Source: Gemmatimonadota bacterium (lineage in GTDB: Bacteria > Gemmatimonadota > Gemmatimonadetes > Longimicrobiales > RSA9). From it: DNA of 24,650 nucleotides. Within the stretch, counting starts at the first letter, position 1; each line of letters starts with the position of its first letter. The notes below the pieces were generated by a model, which was not told the DNA's origin, made no database searches, and was given only the letters and a program-made list of their open reading frames with translations. Below are positions 7,868-15,488 of the stretch, piece by piece. The stretch spans positions 1 to 24,650 of the forward strand of contig VEPF01000411.1 in NCBI GenBank assembly GCA_012027055.1, in the 5' to 3' direction. A program made the position numbers and the translations under genes.

Positions 7868-8518
7868 CTACGCGTAGGTGGATGCGATATGTACGGCGCG
7901 CGTCGAGGCGCGCCCGTGGATGGATCCCTGGCGGAGCGCGGCGAGGAATGCACGCGGCTCATCGGCGAAGGGCGGCACTTCGACCCAGGCACCCCCTACT
8001 TCCGCGAGCGTGTGGGCGTCCGAGCCGGCGCCCAGGGGAAGGTCCCGGGCCTGACCCCAGGCCACGGCCCGCTCGTTCAGGCGGGAATCGTGGAGGCGCG
8101 CGTTGAAGCCTTCCACCGCGTCCACCAGGTCCTCGATCTCCGGCAGGATGCGCCCTCCGCCACCCTTGCCGCTCGCGAACGGATGCGGCACGTAGACGAT
8201 GCCCCCCTGCGCGCGGATGCGGCGGCAGGTTTCGCGGGCGGGCGTGCCCTTCGGAATCAGCTCATTGATGAACAGCCCGATGATGTCCACGCCCTCCGCC
8301 GTCTTCACTTCCTCGCCGGCGATCACCAGGTCGGGATGGCGCGCCCGGAGTCGGAGCGCGGTGCCGATCTGGTTGTGGTCCGTCACGCACACGCGATCGA
8401 GTCCACGCGCCCCGAGCCCCGCCACCAGCCTGACGGGGTCGGTCAGGCAGTCGAAGGAATGGCGCGTGTGCAGATGCATGTCTATGCGCCAGGGGCGCGT
8501 CTCAGCAACTCTTGCCAT
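7868..8518 (-). CDS. PHP-domain metal-dependent phosphoesterase (TrpH/YciV-like); may originally extend to 7823
   Basis: Complete PHP metal set: DMHLHT, TDHN, GEEV, PHPF, GSDAH. It ends at TAG 7870-7868, but the frame continues to a TGA overlapping the nrnA ATG. The start overlaps the coaE end by 37 nt. Confidence 0.85.
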   Translation of the reverse strand: MARVAETRPWRIDMHLHTRHSFDCLTDPVRLVAGLGARGLDRVCVTDHNQIGTALRLRARHPDLVIAGEEVKTAEGVDIIGLFINELIPKGTPARETCRRIRAQGGIVYVPHPFASGKGGGGRILPEIEDLVDAVEGFNARLHDSRLNERAVAWGQARDLPLGAGSDAHTLAEVGGAWVEVPPFADEPRAFLAALRQGSIHGRASTRAVHIASTYA

Positions 8519-9699
8519 ACCTCTTCCGCGGCCCGCTCCAGTTCGGCGAGCGAGCCGCCGTTGTCGATCACGAAGGTGGCGAGTCGGCGGTTCTCGGCGG
8601 CGGGATCCTGTGCCGCGATCATGGCATCCGCGTCGGCCGGCGCCAGGCCGCGGTCCGCGATGATCCGGGCCCGTCGCACAGCCGGCGGTGCGTCCACCAG
8701 CACGACCGCATCGAAGCGGTCTTCCGCGGCCGTCTCGAACAGCAGCGGGATCATGTGCACCACCAGCCGCCTGCCGCTGGCGGCGAGGGCTCGTTCCCGT
8801 TCGATCTGCAGCCGTTCCACCTCGGGGTGCACGATCTGCTCGAGTTCGCGGCGCTTGCGGGCATCGGCGAAAACCACCCGGCGCAGCGCCGCGCGATCGA
8901 TTTCACCATCCGGCTGCAGCACGCCGGTGCCAAAATGGCGGCGCACCTCCTCGTAGCCGGTCGAGCCGCGCGCCACCGCCACCCGGGCCAGCTCGTCCGC
9001 ATCGATGACCACACCACCCAGCCGTTCCCAGACGCGGGCCACGGCGGACTTGCCGCTCCCGATGTTGCCGGTCAGCCCGACGCGCAGCGGCCGGCGGCGG
9101 CGCCGGCGCACCAGCCAGGCGCCTGCCGCGCGCGCCAGCAGCAGGCCGAGCAGCACGGTGCTGAGCGCGCCGAGCGCGTGCGCGACAATGTGCCAGCTGC
9201 CACCCGCCGCGTACCCGGCCAGTACCGAAAGGCCGCTCCAGCCGAGCACGCCCAGCAGGTCGTAGGCCAGGTACTTGCCGTAGGGCATGCGCGACATGCC
9301 CGCGAACCAGGGCATGAGCGTGCGCACGAAGGAGATGAAGCGCGCAACCGTGACCGCCAGGATGGAGCGCCGCCGGAACAGCTGCTGCGCCACCCGCTCG
9401 TAACGCCGCCAGAGCCGGCCCACGCGACCGGAGCTGGCAGCCACGCGGTGGCCGCCCAGCCGACCCGCCAGGTAGCCGATCTGATCGCCCAGCAGGGCCC
9501 CGACCACGGTAGCGGCCAGGACGTGCTCCAGGCGGAAGTAGCCCTGGTAAGCCAGGAAGGCGGCCACCAGTACGGTCGCTTCGGCCGGGATCAGCAGCCC
9601 GATGAAGAACGCCGTCTCGGTGCCCGTGATCAGCAGCACCAGCCACGGGCCCGCCTCCCGCAGGACCTCGATGAGCTGCTGGAATTGCGCCTGGTTCAC
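8482..9699 (-). CDS. coaE: DedA (VTT/SNARE-associated) membrane domain fused to dephospho-CoA kinase
   Basis: The N-terminal ~195 aa are DedA-like (ETAFFIGLLIPAE, GDQIGY, ARFISFVR, FAGMSRMPY..YL.Y). The C-terminal ~200 aa are CoaE (VGLTGNIGSGKS P-loop, IDADELAR, DRAALR..VF, IVHPEV, IPLLFE, VIDNGGS). One continuous frame from a GTG start. Confidence 0.9.
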   Translation of the reverse strand: MNQAQFQQLIEVLREAGPWLVLLITGTETAFFIGLLIPAEATVLVAAFLAYQGYFRLEHVLAATVVGALLGDQIGYLAGRLGGHRVAASSGRVGRLWRRYERVAQQLFRRRSILAVTVARFISFVRTLMPWFAGMSRMPYGKYLAYDLLGVLGWSGLSVLAGYAAGGSWHIVAHALGALSTVLLGLLLARAAGAWLVRRRRRRPLRVGLTGNIGSGKSAVARVWERLGGVVIDADELARVAVARGSTGYEEVRRHFGTGVLQPDGEIDRAALRRVVFADARKRRELEQIVHPEVERLQIERERALAASGRRLVVHMIPLLFETAAEDRFDAVVLVDAPPAVRRARIIADRGLAPADADAMIAAQDPAAENRRLATFVIDNGGSLAELERAAEEVWQELLRRAPGA

Positions 9700-9733
9700 G
9701 CGGCGTCGCCCCGGTCGGCCGGCCGGCTTCGCA

Positions 9734-10003
9734 TCACGGCCGGCGTGCGCCGCCCCGTGCGGCCTCGCGCGCCCAGCGCAGGTAGCGCTCCACTTGCGCG
9801 GGCTCCGGCATGCCGCCGCCGGCCCCGAAGGCGGTCTCCAGCCGCCATTGCAGGTAGGCGCGCGGGGGCAGGGGCAGGAATGGTGGCCGCCGCCACCAGC
9901 CGCGCGCGCGGAAACGCCAGGCCGCGTGCAGCATCGGCCCGATCAGCAGCGGGCGCCGCAGCACCAGCAGTGCGAAACGGAACACGGAGCGGCTGTCGCG
10001 CAA
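9734..10003 (-). CDS. Small hypothetical protein, Trp/Pro/Arg-rich, first gene of the minus-strand run
   Basis: The C-terminal part of ORF 9734..10162 reads as protein (AWRFRARGWWRRPPFLPLPPRAYLQWRLETAFG...RYLRW). The start is uncertain: TTG 10003 or GTG 9985. Confidence 0.6.
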   Translation of the reverse strand: MRDSRSVFRFALLVLRRPLLIGPMLHAAWRFRARGWWRRPPFLPLPPRAYLQWRLETAFGAGGGMPEPAQVERYLRWAREAARGGARRP

Positions 10004-10070
10004 GGCAGCTTGGCGTCGCGAGGTGAAGGAGGTATCGCTCGAGGCGGCAAAGATAGGCGGTCCCGAGGGG

Positions 10071-10099
10071 TGGCCGCCAGAGCGTCGCACCGGTATTAT
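10071..10099 (+). promoter_or_regulatory. Possible promoter for the E1 gene
   Basis: TGGCCG-17nt-TATTAT (10094-10099) in the divergent spacer. The -10 is good and the -35 is weak. Confidence 0.3.
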
Positions 10100-10188
10100 T
10101 GGTCCCGCATCGGGCGCGGGCGACTGCGCTAACTCGTTACCGCAGCGTGCTTTCACTTTCACTCCACGACCAGGCGGATACCCGTCTC

Positions 10189-12312
10189 ATGGCGACCAGG
10201 TCCAAAGCGCGCGCACCCTCGGAGAAGGCCCTCGATCACGGCACGCTGCGCCAGTTCTACCGCACCATGCTCGCCGCGCGACGCACCGACGATCAGGAGA
10301 TCCTGCTCAAGCGTCAGAACCGCATCTTCTTCCAGATTTCCGGAGCGGGCCACGAGGCGGTGCAGGTTGCGGTGGCGGCGCACCTCCGTCCCGGCTCGGA
10401 CTGGATCTACCCGTATTACCGGGACCGCGCCCTGACCCAGGCGCTCGGCGTGACGCCCTACGAGCATTTGCTGCAGGCTGTTGCCGCGGAAGCCGATCCG
10501 GCGAGCGGCGGCCGGCAGATGCCCTCCCACTGGGGCCACCGTGAATACCGGATCGTCAGTTCGTCCTCGCCCACCGGCACGCAATTCCTCCAGGCCGTGG
10601 GTTGCGTCGAGGCCGGCGTGCGCGCGCAGCGGGACGAGCGCATGCGCGCCGCGCTCGAGGAGTTCGCCGCGGACGAGATCGCGCTCTGTACCACCGGGGA
10701 CGGGACGACCTCGCAAGGCGAGTTCTGGGAGGCGCTCAACACCGCGTGCAACCTGAAGCTTCCGGTGCTCTTCCTGGTGGAAGACAACGGCTACGCGATT
10801 TCCGTCCCGGTGGAAGTGAACACGGCCGGCGGCAGCATCAGCAAGCTGCTCACGGGCCTGCCGGACCTCTACATCGAGGAGTGCGATGGCACGGATGTGC
10901 TCGGCAGCTATGCGGCGGCGGGCCGGGCGGTAGCGCACTGCCGGGCGCACCGCGGCCCGGCCCTGCTGCACGCGCACGTGGTGCGGCCCTATTCGCATTC
11001 CATGTCCGATGACGAGCGCCTGTACCGTCCGGAGCACGAGCGGCGGCTGGAGGCGGAGCGGGACCCATTGGTCAGCTTCCGCCGCCATCTGCTCGCCGTG
11101 GGTGCCGCCACCGAGGCAGAGCTGACCGCGCTCGAGCGGGAAGTCGAACAGGAAGTGAAGGACGCCTCGGATCGCGCGCTGGCGCAGCCCCAGCCCCCGC
11201 GCGACACGGCCACGCGCTTTCTCTTCTCCGCGGCGGTGGATCCGCGCGCCCCCGCGTTCGACACCGAATCCCGGCCGCAGTTCAGCGGGGCTGAGACCAC
11301 CATGGTGGACCTAATCAACGGCTGCCTGCGGGACGAGCTGGAGCGCGACCCGCGGGTGATCGTCTTCGGCGAGGACGTGGCGGATGCGAGCCGCGAGGAG
11401 GCGCTGCCGGAGGTGAAGGGCAAGGGCGGCGTCTTCAAGTGCACCTACGGTCTGCAGCGCCGCTTCGGCTCGAATCGCGTCTTCAACTCGCCGCTCGCGG
11501 AGGCGAACATCGTCGGCCGCGCGATCGGCATGGCCACGCGCGGGCTCAAGCCGGTCGTCGAGATCCAGTTCTTCGACTACATCTGGACGGCCATGATGCA
11601 GATCCGCGACGAGCTGGCCACCATGCGTTATCGCTCCGGCGGCTGCTGGAGCGCGCCCGTGGTGATCCGCGTCGCCTCTGGCGGTTACCTGAAGGGCGGC
11701 GCCATCTACCACTCGCAGACCGGCGAGACGCTCTTCACGCACACCCCCGGCCTGCACGTGGTGCTGCCCTCCAACGCGCTCGACGCCAACGGGCTGTTGC
11801 GCACCGCCATCCGCTGCGAGGACCCGGTCATCTTCCTCGAGCACAAGCACCTGTACCGCCAGGTCTACAACAAGGGCTGCTATCCCGGCCCGGACTTCAT
11901 GATCCCGTTCGGCAAGGCGGCGGTGGTGCGCCCCGGCGAGGATCTCACGGTAGTGGCCTGTGGCGCGCTCGTGAAGCGCTCGCTGGACGCCGCGCGGGCA
12001 GCCGCCGAGCAGGGCATCGACGTCGAGGTGATCGATCTGCGCTCGCTGAATCCGCTCGACCTGGAAACCATCGCGGCCTCGGTGCGCAAGACCGGCAAGG
12101 TGATCGTCGCGCACGAGGACTCGCTTTCCTGGGGCATCGGCTCCGAGATCGCCGCCCGCATCGCCGATGAGCTGTTCCCGTGGCTGGACGGGCCCGTACG
12201 CCGGGTCGCTTCGCTCGATACCTGGGTGGCCTACGCGCCCCAGCTCGAGGACGTCATCCTCCCCCAGACTGATGACGTACTGAAGGCGGTCGTGTCGCTG
12301 CACGCCTGGTAG
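10189..12312 (+). CDS. 2-oxoacid dehydrogenase E1, fused alpha+beta subunits (branched-chain/2-oxoisovalerate type likely)
   Basis: The alpha part has [13 protein letters not shown], the TPP-binding GDG...NN motif ([15 protein letters not shown]...EDNG) and HSMSDD. The beta part has [27 protein letters not shown] and [10 protein letters not shown]. Start moved to ATG 10189. Confidence 0.92.
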   Translation: MATRSKARAPSEKALDHGTLRQFYRTMLAARRTDDQEILLKRQNRIFFQISGAGHEAVQVAVAAHLRPGSDWIYPYYRDRALTQALGVTPYEHLLQAVAAEADPASGGRQMPSHWGHREYRIVSSSSPTGTQFLQAVGCVEAGVRAQRDERMRAALEEFAADEIALCTTGDGTTSQGEFWEALNTACNLKLPVLFLVEDNGYAISVPVEVNTAGGSISKLLTGLPDLYIEECDGTDVLGSYAAAGRAVAHCRAHRGPALLHAHVVRPYSHSMSDDERLYRPEHERRLEAERDPLVSFRRHLLAVGAATEAELTALEREVEQEVKDASDRALAQPQPPRDTATRFLFSAAVDPRAPAFDTESRPQFSGAETTMVDLINGCLRDELERDPRVIVFGEDVADASREEALPEVKGKGGVFKCTYGLQRRFGSNRVFNSPLAEANIVGRAIGMATRGLKPVVEIQFFDYIWTAMMQIRDELATMRYRSGGCWSAPVVIRVASGGYLKGGAIYHSQTGETLFTHTPGLHVVLPSNALDANGLLRTAIRCEDPVIFLEHKHLYRQVYNKGCYPGPDFMIPFGKAAVVRPGEDLTVVACGALVKRSLDAARAAAEQGIDVEVIDLRSLNPLDLETIAASVRKTGKVIVAHEDSLSWGIGSEIAARIADELFPWLDGPVRRVASLDTWVAYAPQLEDVILPQTDDVLKAVVSLHAW

Positions 12313-12373
12313 GCGGGGACCCGCAGCGCCGGACCGGGGCAGGCGCTCTCGGGTTCGGCCGCCCGCGGCCGGG

Positions 12374-13612
12374 TCAGACTCGGCCCTGCAGCACGGCGCG
12401 CAGCACGTCCGCCATCCGCGTGATCTCGGCCGGCCGGTTGTACACGTGCGCCGACAGGCGCAGCCACCCGTAGCCGTACTCGCCGATCACGCGCGTCCGG
12501 ATGTTCGCCGCGCGGGCCAGCTGTGCCTGGACGTCGAGCGCCGGCCGACTGGTGCGGAGGCTGAGCAACCCCGCACTCAACTCGTCCCCGGGGGGCGTGA
12601 TCACAGCGACGCCCGGAATGCCCGCTACCGCCTCGCGCAGCATGCCGCGCAGTTCGCGGATACGCGCGTGTACGCGCTCGCTGCCGATTGCCTGGTGGAA
12701 GCGGAGCGCGGCCAGCAGGCCAGCCAGTCGGCTCTCATCGGCGGTGCCCAGGTGATTCAGCCGGTCGGCGCCCAGCTTCGGATCATCCCAGCCGCCGGAC
12801 GCCAGGGTCGGCCACAGGCGCGCCCGCCACTCCTCGCGCAGGTAGAGCAACCCTGACCCCTGGGGCGCGAGCAGCCATTTGTGCGGCGAAGAGGCGTAGC
12901 AGTCCGCATCCAGGGCCCGCAGGTCGACCGGCATCATGCCGGGCGGATGTGCGCCATCCACGACCACCAGGACGCCGCGCGGCCGCGCCAGCTCCACCAG
13001 CGCCCGCACTGGCATCACCACGCCGTTCGTGAAGTTGACGTGCGACACCGAGAGCACCCGCGTCCGCGCGCTGCGCGCGCGCCGGAACCTGTCCACGCTC
13101 TCGCCCGCGTCCCGGGGCGTGGGCGGAATCGGCAACGGGCGCAGCACCACGCCGCGCCGGGCAGCGAGCAGTTGCCAGCAGCACAGTCCACCAATGTGCT
13201 CGTGGTCGGTGGTGAGCACTTCGTCGCCCGCGTCCAGCTCCAGCCCCTGGGCGACGAAGTTCATCCCTTCGGTGGTGTTGCGCGGGAACACGAAGCCGGC
13301 CGGATCGCCGTTCAGCAGCGTGCCCGCTTCCTGCTTGAGCGTGTCCCACTCCACCCCCGGCGGATAGCTCATGGCCACGCGCCGGGTATGCTCGACCACC
13401 GCGTCTACCACCACCCGCGGCTGCACGCCGAGCGTGCCCACGTTCAGGTAGATGCGATCGTCCGGCACCAGGAACGCCGACCGCACCACCTCCCAGTAAT
13501 CTTCGGTCGGGGGCGTGGTCGAGCGCCGCAGTTGCGTCCGGAACGCGCTGAGCTGCGCCGGCCAGGCCAGGGCCGCCGCGGGAGCGGCGCGCAGGAAATC
13601 ACGGCGTTGCAT
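12374..13612 (-). CDS. Class V PLP-dependent enzyme (CefD/EgtE/cysteine desulfurase-like) with twin-arginine signal
   Basis: YLNVGTLG, RNTTEGMN, TTDHEH, SHV, VDGAH and SSPHKWL (PLP Lys) motifs are present. The N-terminus MQRRDFLRAAPAAALAW matches the Tat consensus. Start moved to ATG 13612. Confidence 0.85.
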   Translation of the reverse strand: MQRRDFLRAAPAAALAWPAQLSAFRTQLRRSTTPPTEDYWEVVRSAFLVPDDRIYLNVGTLGVQPRVVVDAVVEHTRRVAMSYPPGVEWDTLKQEAGTLLNGDPAGFVFPRNTTEGMNFVAQGLELDAGDEVLTTDHEHIGGLCCWQLLAARRGVVLRPLPIPPTPRDAGESVDRFRRARSARTRVLSVSHVNFTNGVVMPVRALVELARPRGVLVVVDGAHPPGMMPVDLRALDADCYASSPHKWLLAPQGSGLLYLREEWRARLWPTLASGGWDDPKLGADRLNHLGTADESRLAGLLAALRFHQAIGSERVHARIRELRGMLREAVAGIPGVAVITPPGDELSAGLLSLRTSRPALDVQAQLARAANIRTRVIGEYGYGWLRLSAHVYNRPAEITRMADVLRAVLQGRV

Positions 13613-13619
13613 GCCGCCG

Positions 13620-13649
13620 ATGATGGACCCGCGTCGCACCGCGCGGCAA
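13620..13649 (-). promoter_or_regulatory. Possible leaderless-mRNA promoter for the PLP enzyme
   Basis: TTGCCG-18nt-CATCAT-7nt-ATG, with no Shine-Dalgarno sequence before the ATG. Confidence 0.3.
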
Positions 13650-13742
13650 GGCCGGGGTGGACACGCGCGCCCTCGGCACCTCCGTACCTGCCTCGCCCGC
13701 CGCCCACTGGCGGTCGTTGCGGGCGTGCCTGATCTTGCCGCC

Positions 13743-14840
13743 ATGGCCTCCACGTTCCGCTTCGTCCGCGAGTACCTGCGCGCCGATCCGCGCGCGGTGA
13801 TCATGGAGGAGACCGGCTACCGTCGGGACGGTGCCTGGCTGCCGGCGCGACTCTATCGCCCGGCCCGCGCGCGTGAGCCGCTCCCGGCCTGGGCCGTGCT
13901 CCACGGTCTCACGCGCACCGGGCGGCAGCACCGCAACCTCGATCGCCTCGCCCGCGCCTTCGCCGCCGCCGGGCACGCGGTGTTCGTGCCCGATGTCCCG
14001 GAGTGGCGGGAGCTGCGCGTCGCGCCCGCCATGACCGCGCGCACCATTCGCGCGACGGTACAGGCGCTGGGCGAACGGCGCGAGGTACGCCCCGGTCACA
14101 TCGGCCTGCTGGCCTTTTCCTTCGGCGCCACGCAGGCCATTGTGGCGGGCGCTGACCCCGAGGTGGCGGCGTTGCTGCATGGCATTGTCGGCTGGGGCGG
14201 CTATGCCGACCTGCACGCCACCTTCCGCTTCGCGCTCACCGGCACGCATGAATCCCGCGGCCGGCGCATCCGCATGGAGCCGGACCCGTACGGTCTCTGG
14301 ATCATCGCCGCCAACTACCTGCACCACGTGCCCGGCCACGAAGCGGATGCCAACGTGGCCACCGCGCTGCACGAGCTCGCGACCGAGGTGGGCGACCGGG
14401 TACGCTACGCCTGGGAGCCGATCTTCGATGCCTCCAAGCGCCGCCTGCGGGCCCGGCTGCCCGAAGCGCAGCGTGCACTCTTCGACTCCATCGCACCCCC
14501 CAGCCATCAGCCGCGCCGCGACGAGCCCGCCGCGCGCGCGCTCGCCGAGCAGCTGGCCGACGCGGCGCTGCGCTGCGAGCCCGAGCTGGACCCCGGGCCG
14601 CGGATCGAGGCGGTGCGTGTCCCGGTGCTGCTGGCGCATGGTCGCGATGACCGGCTTATCCCGTGGCCGGAGTCGCTGCACCTGCAGCAACTGCTTCCGC
14701 GCCAGCGCCGGCGGGGTTGCGTCATCACCGGGTTGTTCGCTCATTCCGGAGGCACGCTCGCGGGACTTGGTTTTTCCGAGCGGGCGCGGGAGGGAGCTCG
14801 TTTCCTGGCCCTGTTGCACCGTATCCTGGCGATTGCCTGA
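13743..14840 (+). CDS. Alpha/beta-hydrolase fold protein
   Basis: VLHGL (oxyanion region), nucleophile elbow AFSFG, HGRDDRLIP (Asp) and LFAHS (His) occur in the canonical order. Start moved to ATG 13743. Confidence 0.75.
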   Translation: MASTFRFVREYLRADPRAVIMEETGYRRDGAWLPARLYRPARAREPLPAWAVLHGLTRTGRQHRNLDRLARAFAAAGHAVFVPDVPEWRELRVAPAMTARTIRATVQALGERREVRPGHIGLLAFSFGATQAIVAGADPEVAALLHGIVGWGGYADLHATFRFALTGTHESRGRRIRMEPDPYGLWIIAANYLHHVPGHEADANVATALHELATEVGDRVRYAWEPIFDASKRRLRARLPEAQRALFDSIAPPSHQPRRDEPAARALAEQLADAALRCEPELDPGPRIEAVRVPVLLAHGRDDRLIPWPESLHLQQLLPRQRRRGCVITGLFAHSGGTLAGLGFSERAREGARFLALLHRILAIA

Positions 14841-14992
14841 ACCTGACCGGGCGCCGGTCTGCGCTCGCGCCCGGCACCGGACCCTGGCACCGGAGCACGG
14901 GTATTTTCAGCCGCAGGTCCGCGCGCGCAGCGGAACCCGGCGGTCTGGCGGGTCCGCCGCACAGGCGGCGTTTCGAATCACCGGAGCAGTCC

Positions 14993-15424
14993 ATGGATTC
15001 CTCGGCGATACCGGTCTTCCTGGCTGGACCTTTTCCGGTGCTCTTCACCTTCCGGGTGGACGAGCGCGAGGAGGAGGTGGAGCTCGACGTCGCCCTGTTG
15101 ATCGCCGGCCTGCCGAACGTGCTCGCAGCCACGGTCTTCCCGCTCGACGCCGGCTGGGACCGTATCCGGGGTGCTCTCGAGAGCGGCGATGCGCGCCTGG
15201 GCGTGGCCGGGACGGTGCACGAGGAGGAGTCCACGACAGGTCAGCCGGAGCGCTACCCGTCCGCCTACATCGGACTCGAGTGCGCCAATGGTGAACGCCT
15301 GGTGCTGGCGCACATCCGCGGCCTGGACGCGCTGCAGGCGCCCGATGCCTACGCCCGCGAAGTGATCGATTCCATCCTGCAGGGCAGCGCGCCCGAAGAG
15401 CTGGGGCTCACCATCGACGAGTGA
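14993..15424 (+). CDS. Hypothetical acidic protein (143 aa)
   Basis: GGAG lies 6 nt upstream of ATG 14993. Composition is globular and codon usage matches neighbouring genes. No recognisable family motif. Confidence 0.7.
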   Translation: MDSSAIPVFLAGPFPVLFTFRVDEREEEVELDVALLIAGLPNVLAATVFPLDAGWDRIRGALESGDARLGVAGTVHEEESTTGQPERYPSAYIGLECANGERLVLAHIRGLDALQAPDAYAREVIDSILQGSAPEELGLTIDE

Positions 15425-15488
15425 GCTGCCGCCCCGGCACGTCCGCCCCGGTTCCCGCCCGATCTCGCCTCGACCGGCGCAGCGCGTG

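Noticed and set aside
7868-7870. Pyrrolysine or genome-wide TAG recoding
   Set aside because: TAG terminates fur, coaE, rplS, rimM and the DUF4249-like gene at their expected ends, and no pyl genes are in the window.
9696-9760. Possible frameshift in the small hypothetical, because an alternative frame ends in a GTGA overlap with the dedA-coaE start
   Set aside because: The main frame ends plausibly after its conserved-looking core, there is no slippery sequence, and the alternative-frame peptide is uninformative.
12313-12373. Terminator between the convergent E1 and PLP-enzyme genes
   Set aside because: Only short GC hairpins without U-tracts are present, which is indistinguishable from background. 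The same applies to 15425-15488.
14884-14901. CTGGCAC as a sigma54 -24 element
   Set aside because: There is no TTGC at the -12 position.
14910-14935. CAGGTCCG...GCAGC resembling SRP RNA helix 8
   Set aside because: It lacks the GNRA tetraloop and the paired GGA/AGCA arm (reads CAGGTCCGCGCGCGCAGC), so it cannot form the conserved helix.
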